Below are positions 1 to 13,172 of a stretch of 64,000 nt of DNA, piece after piece. Under the pieces are notes generated by a model. It was not told the origin of the DNA. It saw nothing but the letters and a program-made list of their open reading frames with translations, and searched no databases. A program made the translations under genes and the position numbers. Every line of letters begins with the position of its first letter. Positions within the stretch are counted from its first letter, which is position 1. The stretch is from assembly GCA_001662655.1 (NCBI GenBank), contig KV460229.1; one strand, written 5' to 3'. The DNA is from Pseudogymnoascus verrucosus. Lineage: Eukaryota.

Positions 1-85
1 CCCCACTTAGGCGATGTCAAGTAGCAATGAGGAGAGTTTCTAACTACTGCGAATATTTAAAATGCTTTGCATCCGGCTAGTTAAT

Positions 86-1126
86 CTAAGCCTCTTCTTC
101 CCCATCTACGTCTTGGAATTCTACCCATCCTTTCATCTTCTCCAAAACATGGTCGCCGTATACGACGCCATCCTCCTGTCCCACCGCCTTAATTACACAG
201 TCCATGCCGGGCTCAAAGAAGTACGGCACCGAATATCTCCCTTTTCTCTCCCCTCCAGCATTAGTGGCTCTTACCCTATGCATCGTTGCAACCCACCTTC
301 CACCGCTGACCTTGGCCATCAAGTCGCCGATGTTGACGACAACGCTTCCTGGAATATAGGGAGCAGCGATCCACTCGCCATCCGAGTTAAGAACTTCCAA
401 CCCACCAGTGGAATCCTGGTGAAGGATGGTTAAAATCCCAGAATCGGTGTGGGGGGTGCAAATGAGCTCTTGTTCCTTCTTCTCCTTTGGAAGAGGAGGA
501 TAGTGCAGTAATCTAAGAGTGCTAAGGGAGTCTTTCAGGTAAGAATCAAAGTACTCGGGCACTTGTCCCAACGAGCCTGCTAGAACGGTAAGAAGACGTG
601 CAGACATGCTCTGAAGTTCTTCGTAGAGGGTCTCAGCACGATGCTGGAACTCTTGATGGCCAGTTGGCCAGACATTGGGTTCGGTTAGATTGAACTTGGT
701 GGGTCGCTTCGATAGTGATACAGTTGAGGTTGGAGAACCGATCTCAAAGCCTTCCTTTAGGTTATCGCTGCCTACTTGGGGCGGGAAGTATCTGAGACGT
801 GTTAGCCATACTGTTCACACCAACTTGATAGGCCTTGGATAAACTTACCCCCTATATGTATTTGTATTAGACTTAACAAATGTTTTCTTTGCAAGTCTTA
901 TCTTTTCATCCGCTGTAAGGCCCTTTGACCCGAAAAACGAATTGCAGAGACTAAATACATCTTTGTGGGTGTATGTTAGGGGAAGATCCACGAGATATGC
1001 AAATCCAGTGGTGGAGAAGACATCGTTGAGCTTTGACGAAAGCGCAGAGAGAGCCTCTGGGTCGGACTGCGGGTCGGATAGAGCCGACAGTGAAACAATC
1101 GGGAGCGTTGTAAATGAAGTAGTCAT
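86..1126 (-). CDS. 2-oxoglutarate/Fe(II)-dependent dioxygenase (IPNS/DIOX-like), 2 exons (intron ~792-848)
   Basis: N-terminal DIOX_N-like LPIVSLS...GFAYLV...YRG; C-terminal HTD (CTPHTDSGILT), distal His (ATMHRV) and RxS (RYSVP) motifs; GTAAG donor and CAG acceptor join the two ORF-track pieces. Confidence 0.9.
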
Positions 1127-2158
1127 GATGGTTATGAAGCAACGACGATCAGAGCTTACCTAGAACGGATCAAATTATCAATGTTAAAATATAGAGAATA
1201 TATGGGGTGATAATCGTACGTATATATATCTCTGTGGGATGACAGTCCACGCTCTGTTACATCATCGCGTATCAATCTAGACCTACTGTAGCAAGCTACT
1301 TACAAATTACCCCACAGTTATATAAATGCCCAGGTTACACTTTGGAATACGAGTCGCAATATTGGAATATGAGTGGACATATCGTAATCTATGTCGCGTG
1401 AGATGTTACCTAAATCAGCATCGCGCTGTACCTAGAGATTTATAATGGAGAAGGGGGTGGGGTTTGTGTTTCAATGACAGACCCTAGCGATTATGGTCAT
1501 AATCTTCCCCGCCATCTCCGGCAGATGATAAACCGATAATAACGATGAACTATTTCGGTACGTACTATACAATAGAAATGTACCATGGTGCAGTCAACGC
1601 CGAATACAATGTTTGCAATATTCTAATAGCTATGCAACAAGTAAGTTAAAGGGAACTGTCTTTCAAGCGTGTTCAAATGCAATGTTTTGACGTAATTTTC
1701 TCTCCTGCGGCTTATGCCTAGTTGAGTATTGTCTAGCGGTAAATACTGACCTATTCTGCAGCTTCTGGGAGGCGAAGATACTCGCCGCGGAGATTCCCCC
1801 AATACAATACGAGCACAGAACTCGCAGCCTCATATATGTGGTTCTTTTGCATCGAGTTGGAACCATGGGTGATGGGCGATGTGATGGTTGGGTAGGGTTG
1901 CATAGCCAAGGTAGCCGCCACAGCCTTGCGGCGCTTGTACAACATGGCGGTGCGATTTCGCTTTCTGGGTCGGAAGCGCTTTACATGCGGTGTTGTGCGC
2001 AGTTGGGAAGTTTGTTTGCTAGTCCCCTGGTGATACTCACGGCCTCGTCGTCGAAAAACTTATAGTACGGCCATTCTTGAAGCCGAAGACGAGACTGTCG
2101 AAGCCGCGCCCTACTGCTCGACATCGCCGCTCCGCTGTGGGCGTGTTAGACGAACAAT

Positions 2159-5100
2159 ATGACTAAGAAATCCTGGCTTGACAGCGTCAAGAACCGAGTT
2201 CGGTCCCGTTCATCTGCGCCTGGGCAGAATGCTCCTGTGGGGTCCTTCACAGGTGTACCGCAAGTCACAGAGCCCTCCGTCAATGCAACCCAAGCTATAG
2301 AGCCACTGGCCAATGCACTGAAATCTGAAGGGATTCGCTCCATTTCAGCCCTATCTGATCCCTATGGCATAGCTCGCGAGAAATACGGCCTGTTTCGTCT
2401 CGCAGCCCCAACTGCCAGCAGTCTCTCTGAGGATTCGAGCCTAGACACTAATCATATAGACATAGTTGCGGTCCATGGGCTAAATGGGACTGCCGACAAA
2501 ACCTGGACTGATGAAGACAACAACTTCTTTTGGCTCGAGGATCTAGTAAATGATTTCCCTGGTGCGCGGGTTTTTACGTATGGATACGCCTCCGAGGTAA
2601 AATTCACGCTCGGCACGGGAGATATCGAGGCATTCGCGAGGAGTTTATTGGAAGCTTTGAAAGCGGAGAGAGTGAGCAAGAAGGTTTGTTACACTTATAC
2701 TTGGTCTGTCGGGGTAGAGGTCACTAACGCATGGTAGGACCAGGCTCGCCGGATTATATTTATCTGCCATAGTATGGGCGGAATTGTGGTTAAAAAAGTA
2801 AGCTTGATCGTTCCTCTATAGCCTTGTACTCACAGGTAATTAGGCACTCATTATTGCTAAAAATGAGGATTTGTTGTATGATAATACAAGGAAATCAGTG
2901 GTGGGAATCGCGTTCCTCTCCACGCCGCACCGTGGCTCTTCGCAAACTGAACTCCCATTGGTTTTGGCAAACATAGCTAATGTAGTATTGTCGGGGGTGG
3001 GAAGATACGTCGGATCCATGAGGTCGGATCTCATAAAGTCTCTCGAGAAGGACTCCATGGGCCTGAAAGACATTTCTACGAATTTTAGAGACCAAACGGA
3101 GAATATGAAGATAGCATCTTTTTATGAGCTAAAGACGACGCCGCCCGTAAACAAGCTAGTAAGTTCTTGCCTCGAAGATCAATATCCTCGCTGATTCTGA
3201 CTTTCCACCTAGATTGTTGATAAAATCTCTGGGATTATGGATGTCGCTAGAGAGAGGATTATACCCATGCCTGGCTGTGATCACAGGACTATATGCCGAT
3301 TCCCTAGGAGAGATAGTAATGGTTACAAAACCGTTTTGGGAGTTCTCCGGGAGTGGGTTAGTGTTATTAATGAAGGTTGGCCTCCTTCAATCTCATTTAA
3401 CATGGAGTATGGAGTGCAATTCAGTTTGCATACGCTTACACTCACGCAGCCGAAAATGTGCCGATTTCGTCAGAAGATCTCGGTGCGTATTTCCAAATCA
3501 TAATGTATATATTAACAGTGCAGGCTAACCGACAGTAAGCTTGCCTCCGATCACTGTCCTTCCAGGAAATCAACTACCGTCGACAAGAAGCAGACCAGGC
3601 CTACCAAAATACATGTGCATGGATTCTTAAACATCCGGTTTATGCAGAATGGTTGGACAAAAAGTGTGAACTTCTCTGGATACAAGGCAGTCCCGGTTCA
3701 GGAAAGTCAACCTTGGTGTCGTTTATTTACGAGGAATTCCAGAAAAACATATCCCTGAGTAGAGAAGTGGTTCTTGATTACTTCTTCCACAGCCGGGGAT
3801 CCATATTACAAAAAACGCGTGTCGGCATGTTTCGCACTCTGTTGCATCAACTCTATGACCAAGTTCATTTTATTCGACCGAAAATACAAATGATCTTTAA
3901 AGAGAAGGACAGATTCGGCAATGCTGGGGCTGGGTGGGAGTGGCATCCTAAAGAATGTGAACGCCTCTTCTCCGAGGTCATTGTTTCTGCTGCTCAATTA
4001 AAGAACATTACTTTGTTTGTCGATGCATTAGACGAGGCTGGCTCCGATGGAATTGAGCTTGCATCATACTTTCACGAATTAAATGCGAAACTGAGGGCCG
4101 GACATTGCAACGCAAGAATCTGCATTTCGTGTCGGAAATACCCAGTTATAGCACCTAATGTCAGCTTAAAAGTCTATGTTGAGAAAGAAAACGGCGGAGA
4201 TATCCAGACATACGTGGAGCAAAAGTTTGGCTCCGAGATTCAAAGTCACGGCATGGCGATGTCAGCGCAGGGAGAGTTCAAGAAACTTCAAATGGTTGTT
4301 GTGGAGCGGTCCCAAAATACGTTCCAATGGGCAAGCCTTGTTGTTCCGCTCATAATTAAACTTCGCCGAGACGGACAATCTTTGGCTTATATTATGAAGG
4401 AACTCGATAAAGTGCCTCGAGGGTTACATGAAGTTTATGAGCATATTCTCACAAAGGCCATAGAGTTCCAATATCGGCCGAAAACTTTGCTTCTAATGCA
4501 ATGGGTCTGCCTAGCAAAGACCCCTCTCACTGTCGGAGATATACGGTTTGCTATGGCAGCAGGCTTTTGTATCGATGAGCGACAGGAATCCTCTAGCAAT
4601 TTGAAAGACTTCGTGGAGAGTGACGAGGACGTGGATACATTGATCACCAGCATGTCCGGTGGCTTGGTGGAGACCATACATCGTAAGCACGATAAATATA
4701 CAGATACAGTATCATTTTCTCCTACATCCGACATCTATAGTTCTAGAGTACAGTTCATTCATCAATCCGTCAATGATTTCCTCTTGTCGGACGGACTAAG
4801 ACTCCTCGCCCAACTTCCAAGTCCCACATCTTGGAGAGAAAACGAGCTCACATCGTCGGCAGATAGCATCATCGGCGAAAGTCATGATCGCCTATGCAAG
4901 TTGTGTATCAATTACATTAAATTTGGAAAGGTTTTCCATGCATACGAGGCTGTCTACTACAAAGGTAAGCCGTTTCCGCCATTCAAAGAGTACGCCCGAA
5001 CGTACTGGATCTTCCACGCAGAAAGAGCCGATAGCTATGAGGTTTCGCAGCAACACCTTATTCAACGCCTAGGACTTCGTCCATATCCAGTGTTCTTCGA

Positions 5101-6265
5101 TCGTATGATTTCCAATGTAATGACACAGGTATATCCACTCAACTACCCGGCCATGTCTCTATTACATATTGCGTCTCTAGCAAATCTTGCAAGTGTTGTT
5201 GCCCAAATCCTTGAAACCGATCCGTGTATGGTAAATGATCTAGATCACTTAGGCAGTAAGCCAGTGCAATACGCCGCCAGCTCCGGCCATTGCAAGTTGG
5301 TCGAGGTTCTTCTAAATGCTGAAGATCTCGTTGGGGCTAATTCTAAGGATACCGCCGGGGATATTTTTATGCACGCAGCAATGCAAGGGAACGAACAAGT
5401 CGTAAAACTACTATTGGGTCGTGGCGTAGATCTCCATAATGACACGCGAATGGCTGGCGATGCACTTATAGCAGCCGTGTGGCTCACGAGTCAAGAGGTT
5501 TTTACAACATTACCTTGGGGTGAATCCAAGAGAGTATCGACCATGGGGGATGTATCTCTTATCAAACTGTTGCTCGGTCATGGGGCTAACGCAAACGCAC
5601 GGGGTACTGGTAATCACACAGCCATTGAGGAGGCTATCGCATCGACCATTGCGCACACTAGGGCTGTTGAGCTGTTGCTGGAGAGTGGTGCAAATGCGAA
5701 TAGTAACCTATCTTTTGCGTCACCACGACGAAAACAACTCATGGAATGGCTCTCCAGTCCCCAAGTGTTGTTATCCGACAATAACTCATTAGACAAGCAT
5801 CCGGAACCAGATGGTACAGTACTACAACATGCTGCAGCGTTAAAAGATAAAAATAACGCAACAATGGTTACAAAATTGCTACTGGAGAAAGGGGCACAAG
5901 TCAACGGAGAAGGCAGCTATGGTACGGCTCTACAGATAGCCTCAGCGAGAGGAAATTTATCTGTCGTGAAGTTGCTACTCGAAAAGGGTGCAAAAGTTGA
6001 TGGCTTGTGGATAGCCTCGACGCAATGCAATGCTGTGGTCGTGGAGCTGCTTATCGAGCGCGGGGCTAATAATACCGAGTTTGGGGAAACTATAGTTGAA
6101 GTACTAAGGCGGCTGCAACTATTGAAGTCGTACTTGTACGACTCTGACACTGACTTACATTCGTTGGCGGGTTCTCTCGACACAGCATCCCCCAACGACA
6201 ACGACAACGGCAATGATGTCAACGATGATGACAACAGCAACGCTAAGGCCAATGAGGACGTCTGA
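2159..6265 (+). CDS. Fungal NLR-like protein: alpha/beta-hydrolase (SesB/PGAP1-like) + NACHT + ankyrin repeats; several 5' introns
   Basis: DIVAVHGLNG, FTYGY, CHSMGG nucleophile elbow, FLSTPHRGS; Walker A GSPGSGKST; Walker B LFVDALDE; FIHQSVNDFL; ankyrin repeats (LLLEKGAQVN, GTALQIAS); introns ~2683-2737, ~2798-2843, ~3159-3211 and within ~3376-3540. Confidence 0.9.
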
Positions 6266-6700
6266 TCTGGCAGCTGAATGAGACAGCAGGGTATTTGAAA
6301 ATCTGATCAAGTCATAATCACATATAGGCCCATCTGTATCCACGTCTCGGCAATCCCGGCAGCCTAGTCATCATCGACCTATTATCCCTCTCTTCTAATT
6401 TCAGCTCACCGGTTTCCCTCATCTTCGTGCTGATGACAGTGCATAGTATGATCGTGGGTATCCAGAGAGAAAGACAAAAGGTGAAAATAAAGGGAGTTGG
6501 GCAAACTATGGGGGAAAGGAGCTGTGTCGTTTTATAACTTTCATGAAAGCACAGCTCTCCATCAGCAACATGGTCCGTGCACGTGCATTGGCCGAGCGGG
6601 CGGGGCGGAGCGGGGCGGCGTTCAAATACTCGGAGTACATATGTTTTGTAGACAACACGCATCACTTTCTGTGTAAACAACGTCCAATCCACTGCCCAAC

Positions 6701-8438
6701 ATGTCGGACAAAGCACCAAGTGGCGGCAGCCACCTGACGAGCGACATTGACTTCATTAAGACGCCCAAGGCCGCACCCGGGTCTCACGACACCGGAGAGG
6801 ATTGTGGCGTGAAAACCACCAATGTATGTTGTGTGGCCTGCTAGCTAACCTAGCTCTTTGGCGATGCCCTCAGCTAATTCAATCGTGTGCAGTCTCCAGC
6901 TATCCACAACCCTCCGCTTCCAGCAGACGGCGCCGGAAATGAGCAATTCAACAACATCATCTTCGCCAGTGTGCTCCTTGGAGTGCCCACATACCTGGCA
7001 TGGAAGGTTGGTGGTGGGCTGAAGACGACCATCTTCTTCGCCCTCATCACCTTTGTTCCCTTGCTTCTGGCATTCTGGACGGTCATGTCCACCTACAGCC
7101 CGCGGATTAACGAGAAGGTTAAGCTTCCAGGGCGTCCAGTGGAGCACTACCTCACCTTCAAGAAGGAGGCCGACCGTGCCCGGTACAGCGGCAGCAGCAA
7201 GGTACCCATGCAGACTTTCTTTGAGTTATACTTCAGCGGCGACGTTAACTTCAACGGTGACTGCCTCGACGTCATGGAGTACCGCCACGACTGGGCAACG
7301 TTCAACTTCACCTGGGACCTGTTCCGCTACATCCTCTTCACCTTCGCGCCGGATGTGATTCTGCACAACCGCTCCCAGGACGACGAGCAGGTGCGCCCCA
7401 ACTATGACCGCGGTAACGACCACTACGCCTGGTTCCTGGGACCACGCATGATCTACACCTCCGGTGTCATCTCGGACACAACCCGTGAGGAGACCCTCGA
7501 GGAGATGCAGGATAACAAGATGGCCATTGTGTGCGAGAAGATCGGCCTCAAGGAGGGCGAGACCATGCTCGACATTGGCTGCGGCTGGGGGACTCTCGCC
7601 AGGTTCGCGAGTGTTAACTACGGCGCAAAGGTCACTGGTGTCACTATCGCTCGCAACCAGACTGAGTGGGGTAACGACGCGCTCAAGCAGGCTGGTGTCC
7701 CTGAGGAGCAGAGCCGTATCCTTTGCAGCGACTACCGCGACATTGTTAGCCAAAAGTTTGACAAGATCACCCAGCTTGAGATGGCTGAGCACGTTGGTGT
7801 TCGTCGTCTCACCACCTTCTTCCGCCAATGCTACGGTATGCTTGAGGATGATGGATCTATGTACGTCCAGCTCTCTGGCCTGAGAAAGTCGTGGCAGTAC
7901 GAGGACTTTATCTGGGGCTTGTTCCTGAACAAGTACATTTTCCCCGGTGCGGATGCCTCGACTCCACTCAGCTTCTACATTGGCTGCCTTGAGAGCGCTG
8001 GTTTCGAAGTCAAGAGGTAAGCAACCCGCCCAAATAACTAGGTGACGACATGCGCTAACTCGGATGCTACAGCGTTGATACCGTTGGTGTCCACTACTCG
8101 GGTACCCTCTGGAGGTGGTACAGAAACTGGCTCGGAAACGCCGAGAAGGTCAAGGCTACCTACGGCGAGAAGTGGTTCAGAGTAAGTCACGCATGCATCC
8201 GTTCTTTTGTCGACACCGTTCTTTTGTCGACATAGAGACTAACACATCTTAGATCTGGGAGTTATTCCTGGCATACTCGACCATTGCTTCGCGCCAAGGT
8301 TCAGCCACTTGCTTCCAGATGGTTGTTGTTAAGAACCTCAACTCAAGCCACCGCATTGACGGCGTCCACTCCCAGGACGGCCTCAGCGGCGCCCTTGCCA
8401 GAAGCAAGGCAGCTGGCAAGGCTACCCTGGCGAAGTAG
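6701..8438 (+). CDS. Sphingolipid C9-methyltransferase (cyclopropane-fatty-acyl-phospholipid synthase family), 4 exons
   Basis: Two N-terminal TM segments, NYDRGND, FLGPRMIYTSG, SAM motif LDIGCGWG, EMAEHVG, YIFPGAD; introns ~6824-6892, ~8017-8071, ~8182-8252; stop TAG 8436-8438. Confidence 0.9.
8199..8232 (+). repeat. 17-bp tandem duplication (CCGTTCTTTTGTCGACA x2) in the last intron
   Basis: Read directly from the sequence. Confidence 0.9.
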
Positions 8439-8552
8439 ATGTCCAGACAGGCGCAGGGAAGGCAAACCTGGCCAGAAGCAAGGCGGCTGGCCAAGAGGCT
8501 CCCCTGGCAAATTAGATGTCCGGACATGCATAGAGAGGGGTAAACTGGCCAG
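8397..8552 (+). repeat. Degenerate ~75-bp tandem duplication spanning the methyltransferase stop codon
   Basis: GCCAGAAGCAAGGC...CTGGC..A.TAGATGTCC.GACA starts at 8397 and again at 8471. Confidence 0.8.
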
Positions 8553-8823
8553 TCTTGTTTGCCCTCGGATGTATAGCTTAAGTGTTTGAACATGTGTATT
8601 CGGGCTAGTTATTACGATAGCTGCTATACTTAGCTTTTCTAATATTCTGTTTCTCAGAATAGCAACCAAGAGCTCTGGGCCCCCAACTCTATCTAGATAA
8701 TAATGTACACACCCATTCTCATCATACAACCTGGCCGACTGGCCAACTATTCGTATCATCCAGTCTTCTGTCCCTGCATACCAAAACAAACCCCCGTATA
8801 AATAAATAATACCAAGCAACCCT

Positions 8824-10086
8824 CTAAAAGATATCAGTATAGTATCCCAGCGCCGGGTGCTTGTTTCCCGTAAACGTCTCCGACAGGCTATCAAGCGCAG
8901 CATGGTGCTTCGCATACTCCATCCCCCTCGCATTCTCCGCCTCCACCATCTTCCAATCCCACCCCGTCACCGCCGCCGCCTCCTTCGCCGCCTCCTTCGC
9001 AACAGCATTCGCAACACCATTAACAGCATGTCCATTCGCACTCCCATTCCCCCGCACCTCCACCTTCCCATTTGGTATCCCCAAAATCGACAACACGCTC
9101 TCCCCCATCTCCATCTCCTCCAACCCCTCCGCCTCCTCCACAACCTCCTCCTTCCTCCCATCCATCGTGTTCCACCCCCCCGGCTTCGGCGGCAACAAAT
9201 CGCACATATCCAGCACAGCCTCGGGGTGAACCGTCAACCTGCCAACTTTCATGACGTACTTGCTAATCGCGCTCGCGAAGATAGCACCCTCTGGCACATC
9301 CGGCGGCGGGGCAGCCACGCGCGCTTTCCTCGCGCGGCGCTTCGTGCGCAGGAAGCGCGGGACGAAATTCCAGTCCTTGGGATCATCGAGCGTCCAGCCC
9401 GCCGGGCGCGCGGTGCCCGCCTTCACGAAATGCGTGACGACGTATAGCCACTTCCTGTCCCAGGCCAGCATACGGGACCACATCTCGTATTTCTCATACG
9501 GTTTGATCTCGCGCTTAAAGCTGCAATGTACACCCCCCAGCATGATTCCCCATTGTCCCTTCGCGGGCTTGCCGTCTGGGCCGATGATGAGGGAGGGTTT
9601 GCGATGGAGTTCGCGGATGGCGACGTGCATGAGGGCGGCGACGAGGTGGGAGCGCGTGACGTCCAGGTCGGAGAAGTAGGTGCTGTTTGATTTGTGGAGG
9701 TTGTAGTCGCATTCTGAGGCGGGGGATTGGGAGGGGGTGATGCAGGGTTGGAAGAGGGCGGGGAGGTGGTGGGGGGTTGTGAGGCCGGAGGTGGTGGGGT
9801 CGAGGGGGGGGGCTTGCATGTGGCTTAGGATGCCATGCCAGACGCGTATCTAGATGGGGTGGGTTAGTGAGGTGCGTGGGAGAGAGGGGGGGGGTTGACG
9901 AACATGCCACACGAAGGGGAAGTTTTTGTAGTTTGCGAGCACGACGACTAGGGCGAGGATGCGGGAGTAGTTTCCTGGCCCGGTGAGGAACTTCGTGACG
10001 AATGGCCTACTCTTCCACGCGCCGACGGAGAGCGCGGCTGCCAGGACGGCGGTGATGCTTCTCAATGGGAGGCGGGAGGCTGACAT
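8824..10086 (-). CDS. Hotdog-fold thioesterase-like protein (fungal YBR096W/THEM6-like), 2 exons
   Basis: N-terminal hydrophobic LANYKNFPFVWH|IRVW; ECDYNLHKSNSTYFSDLD; FKREIKPYEKYEMWSRMLAWDRKWLYVVTHF; intron ~9850-9903. Confidence 0.8.
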
Positions 10087-10789
10087 CTTGCGCTGCGGTT
10101 GGGGCGACGCGCCGGATGACGAGGGTGATGAGCGCGCTGGCGACGGCAGTGATGAGGACATAGATCCAGAGGGGGAGATGGCGGAGAGCACAGAGGAGGG
10201 TTGTGCTGCAGATTGGCATCCGAGGGGGTTGCTGACTGTGGGGGTTGATGTGGGATTATATTGTGCGGTCATATGGATATTTTTGTGTCAGCCCAGTCGG
10301 TCGGGTACCTCGGGCTTTACGCGGTCGGAGGTTACAAGGGTGTGGGATATTCACATGCCTGGAGATTTTCCGGGGTCGCGTCGGCGCGATGGTTTCGCCG
10401 ATGCGAGAACGCGTCGTTTCTGTTGGGACAGTCTGGGATGATAAACTTACAGAAACTAAAATTCAACAGTTTATGGTTAATGGTGTTTATGATGTCTTAA
10501 TCCTAGATTAGGGGGTGGGATTGGGTGATAAAAGCCAACAAAAGATGTCGGACGAGAGGATGCAGTCCACGTGCCAACCATCGACAGGAAGATATCTCGA
10601 ACTAGCTCGAGATCTGACATATTCTTTGACCTCCTATGGCAAATAGGATTTGTGTATAGTTTCTAGCTCTCATCTGTTCCCATCTCACCGCCTCCACATC
10701 TCCAGTAAAGGACGTACGTATACTCCAAAACACATCCCACGTTCTCCTCTTCAACCGATGCCAATCTCACATGAGCAACCCCCAACAGC

Positions 10790-13172
10790 TCACGCCGCGC
10801 GCCGAGCAGTCGTGCTCATCAACGTAATCTTCTTCCCCTTCTTTTTCTTTCCTCCTCCTCCTCCCCCTCCCCCATTCCCAGCCTTAGGCGCGCCCCCACT
10901 CCCCTCACCAACCTCATCCGCCAAGCTCGCCGCCTCAACCTGCCGTATCATCGCCTCATTCTCCTCACGCAGCTCCTTCTCCCAGTCCTGGAGCCATCCA
11001 TCATTGCCGCTCTCCTCATGTACCACTTCGTTTCCATCCGTAGGTGCTAACACCGTAGTTCCCCAAACCGTACGCTTCTGTGGCGGGCTCGTTCCCGGAG
11101 AATGATTCGCCAAACTCTCGAATCCCGGGCGGTGGTGCGTCGCATACGGCGGACTATTCCCAGCAGTTCCGTCCGCATTCGCCTGGTTGACAAGCGGGAG
11201 GAAATCCGCGGCGCCGAACCGCTCCTCCGCAACGGGAGTGGAGAATTCCTGGCGCTTCTTTCGGACGTTTGCCCAGCGCTCTTCGTCCTCGAGCTTCTCG
11301 GCTCGGACACGCGCTTTCTCCTCCCGGTTCTCCTTTTCGCGGTTCTTCTCGCGGCGACGCGAGATATCCTGGGCGAAGTTGGCGAGGACAGAGTCGGGGA
11401 CTACGTCGGTCCAGTTGCATTCCAGGAAGGAGACTTCGCAGCCATACGGGAGATGGGCGAGGTATTTTGTGCGTTTGCGTAGTTCGTCGTCGATGATGTG
11501 GCCCGTAGAGACGTGCTCCACGCGGGGGAGGAGGGTTGATGGGAAGGATGAGAAATTGCCAAAGGCAGCTTTAAGTATGCGAATATCGAGGGGTGCAAGA
11601 TAGTAATGCTGGAGTCCCTGGTAGAAGTAATATGGTGCATGAGGCTGTGCTGGCAAATTGTGGGCTGGACCGCTGTGAGCTGGAGCGTTGTGGGCTGGAG
11701 CCTCGTGAACCGTATTGTTGTGTGCGACTGTAGACTCGTTCAAAGAAAGGTGATTGAAAGCATCGGCTACGGGGTTCAGGCGATGTTGGCCGGTACTATT
11801 TGATGGTTTTGATGGAGCTTCCGTCGGTCCTTCCTCGGAAGGCGTAGCGACGGGAGCAGCTTCGCCATCATGAAGTTGGACCCATGTCGTTGCCGATTTC
11901 TCATCATCGGTTTTGGGTTCCTGAGCCTGCTGGATCTCGTGCTCCTTTGCATGCCTCGCTGGCTGCTTCAATATAGCCGGGGCATTCCCCATACCCTTAA
12001 TGTGCTCTTTTGCCTCGATCACGCTCCGAACAGCCTTCTTAGCCCAAGTTGTTTCATCGCCAAACATCAGCTCATCTTCCTTCTCTTGCCGTTTCAAGTC
12101 CTCGATCTCCTTATCAAATTGCTCAGTCATATATTCCTCCGTGCCTTTCATAACACGGGAGTAATCTGTGACTTCAGCTGCAAAGTACCACGGGATATCG
12201 TGAAGTCTCCCCATGGATTCTGCCTCGTCCCTTGGCAGGGTCAAGGTGCTACCCGGTTGACGCATAACCAATCGAAGGATGACATCCTCTCCTTCCTTCG
12301 GCGCCGGGTTTTCCTGACCAGTAAACCACCTTACTGGTCTAGTATCAGACATATATATTGAGTCCCAACAGAGAGGGCATTTCTTCCATCTTGTCTTTTT
12401 CTCAGGAGCTTCATCGTCGGTAGAATGCATATATCGAATCAGACATGGTAAACAGAATATATGGCCACATTTCGCCATCCGAGGCGCTACAGGATGTGAT
12501 AGACATATCGGACAGGACGAAAGTTGGGACTCTGCAGACACGAGGATCTGCAGGACGCTGTCCCAGTCGAGAGGTGCATCAGCGTCGACAGCTTGTGCGC
12601 GGTAGTCACCGGAAGGGTGGACGATAAAGCGGTAGTTGGCATGGATATATCTGCGCCTACAGTCAGCTTTTTGTATGATACCGGCAACAGCAGGTTGCAT
12701 ACCTCGCTTTGTCGGAAGCATGATAGCCAGATCCTAACCCCGACCTTGTGTATCCAGAATCCCTACCACTAGACCTCGGATACACCTGTGCACTTGGTCG
12801 AGGTGGTAAGGCAAAGTTCATCAGATGCGTGATGGAGGTCTGGCCTCGTCGGCTGGTTGAGTTCCTCATTGCAGTCTGCGTCCGTTAGCTGGGCCCTTCT
12901 GCCCATTCCATTGTGCAACTCACATTTTCAGCATAAGAATCATCCCCAAGCAGTCCCCCAGGTCGTCTATGCTTTTTGTGGTTCTTCTTCGAGGACTGGT
13001 TGTTCCGAGCAGTACCGTGGGTCGTATTCGAATGGGCACTGCTGGAGCGTCTGGTGCTGGATTCGAAGCTGGGTGATGACGGGCCCTGCTGTTGCTGCTG
13101 GGGGGTGGGTGTCTGTGCGGAGGAATGATTGAGTTTTCCTCCAAGTGACGCTCCAGGTTGCGTGGAATTCAT
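10790..13172 (-). CDS. MAG2: RING-finger E3 ubiquitin ligase, RNF10/Mag2 family, 3 exons
   Basis: SITHLMNF, YIHANYRF, C3HC4 RING CPICL...KCGHIFCLPC...CPLC, YYFYQ...LDIRILK, ELRKRTKYLAHLP...FLEC, basic C-terminal KKKKGKKITLMST. Confidence 0.85.

Noticed and set aside
2159..2460. Amyloid signalling motif (HET-s/PP/sigma type) at NLR N-termini
   Set aside because: No G/N/Q pseudo-repeat motif seen; all three NLRs carry their own N-terminal effector domains
7226..7828. Long antisense ORFs over real genes (also 8857-9447, 28152-28892, 34643-35221)
   Set aside because: Shadows of codon bias on the opposite strand with no recognisable motifs
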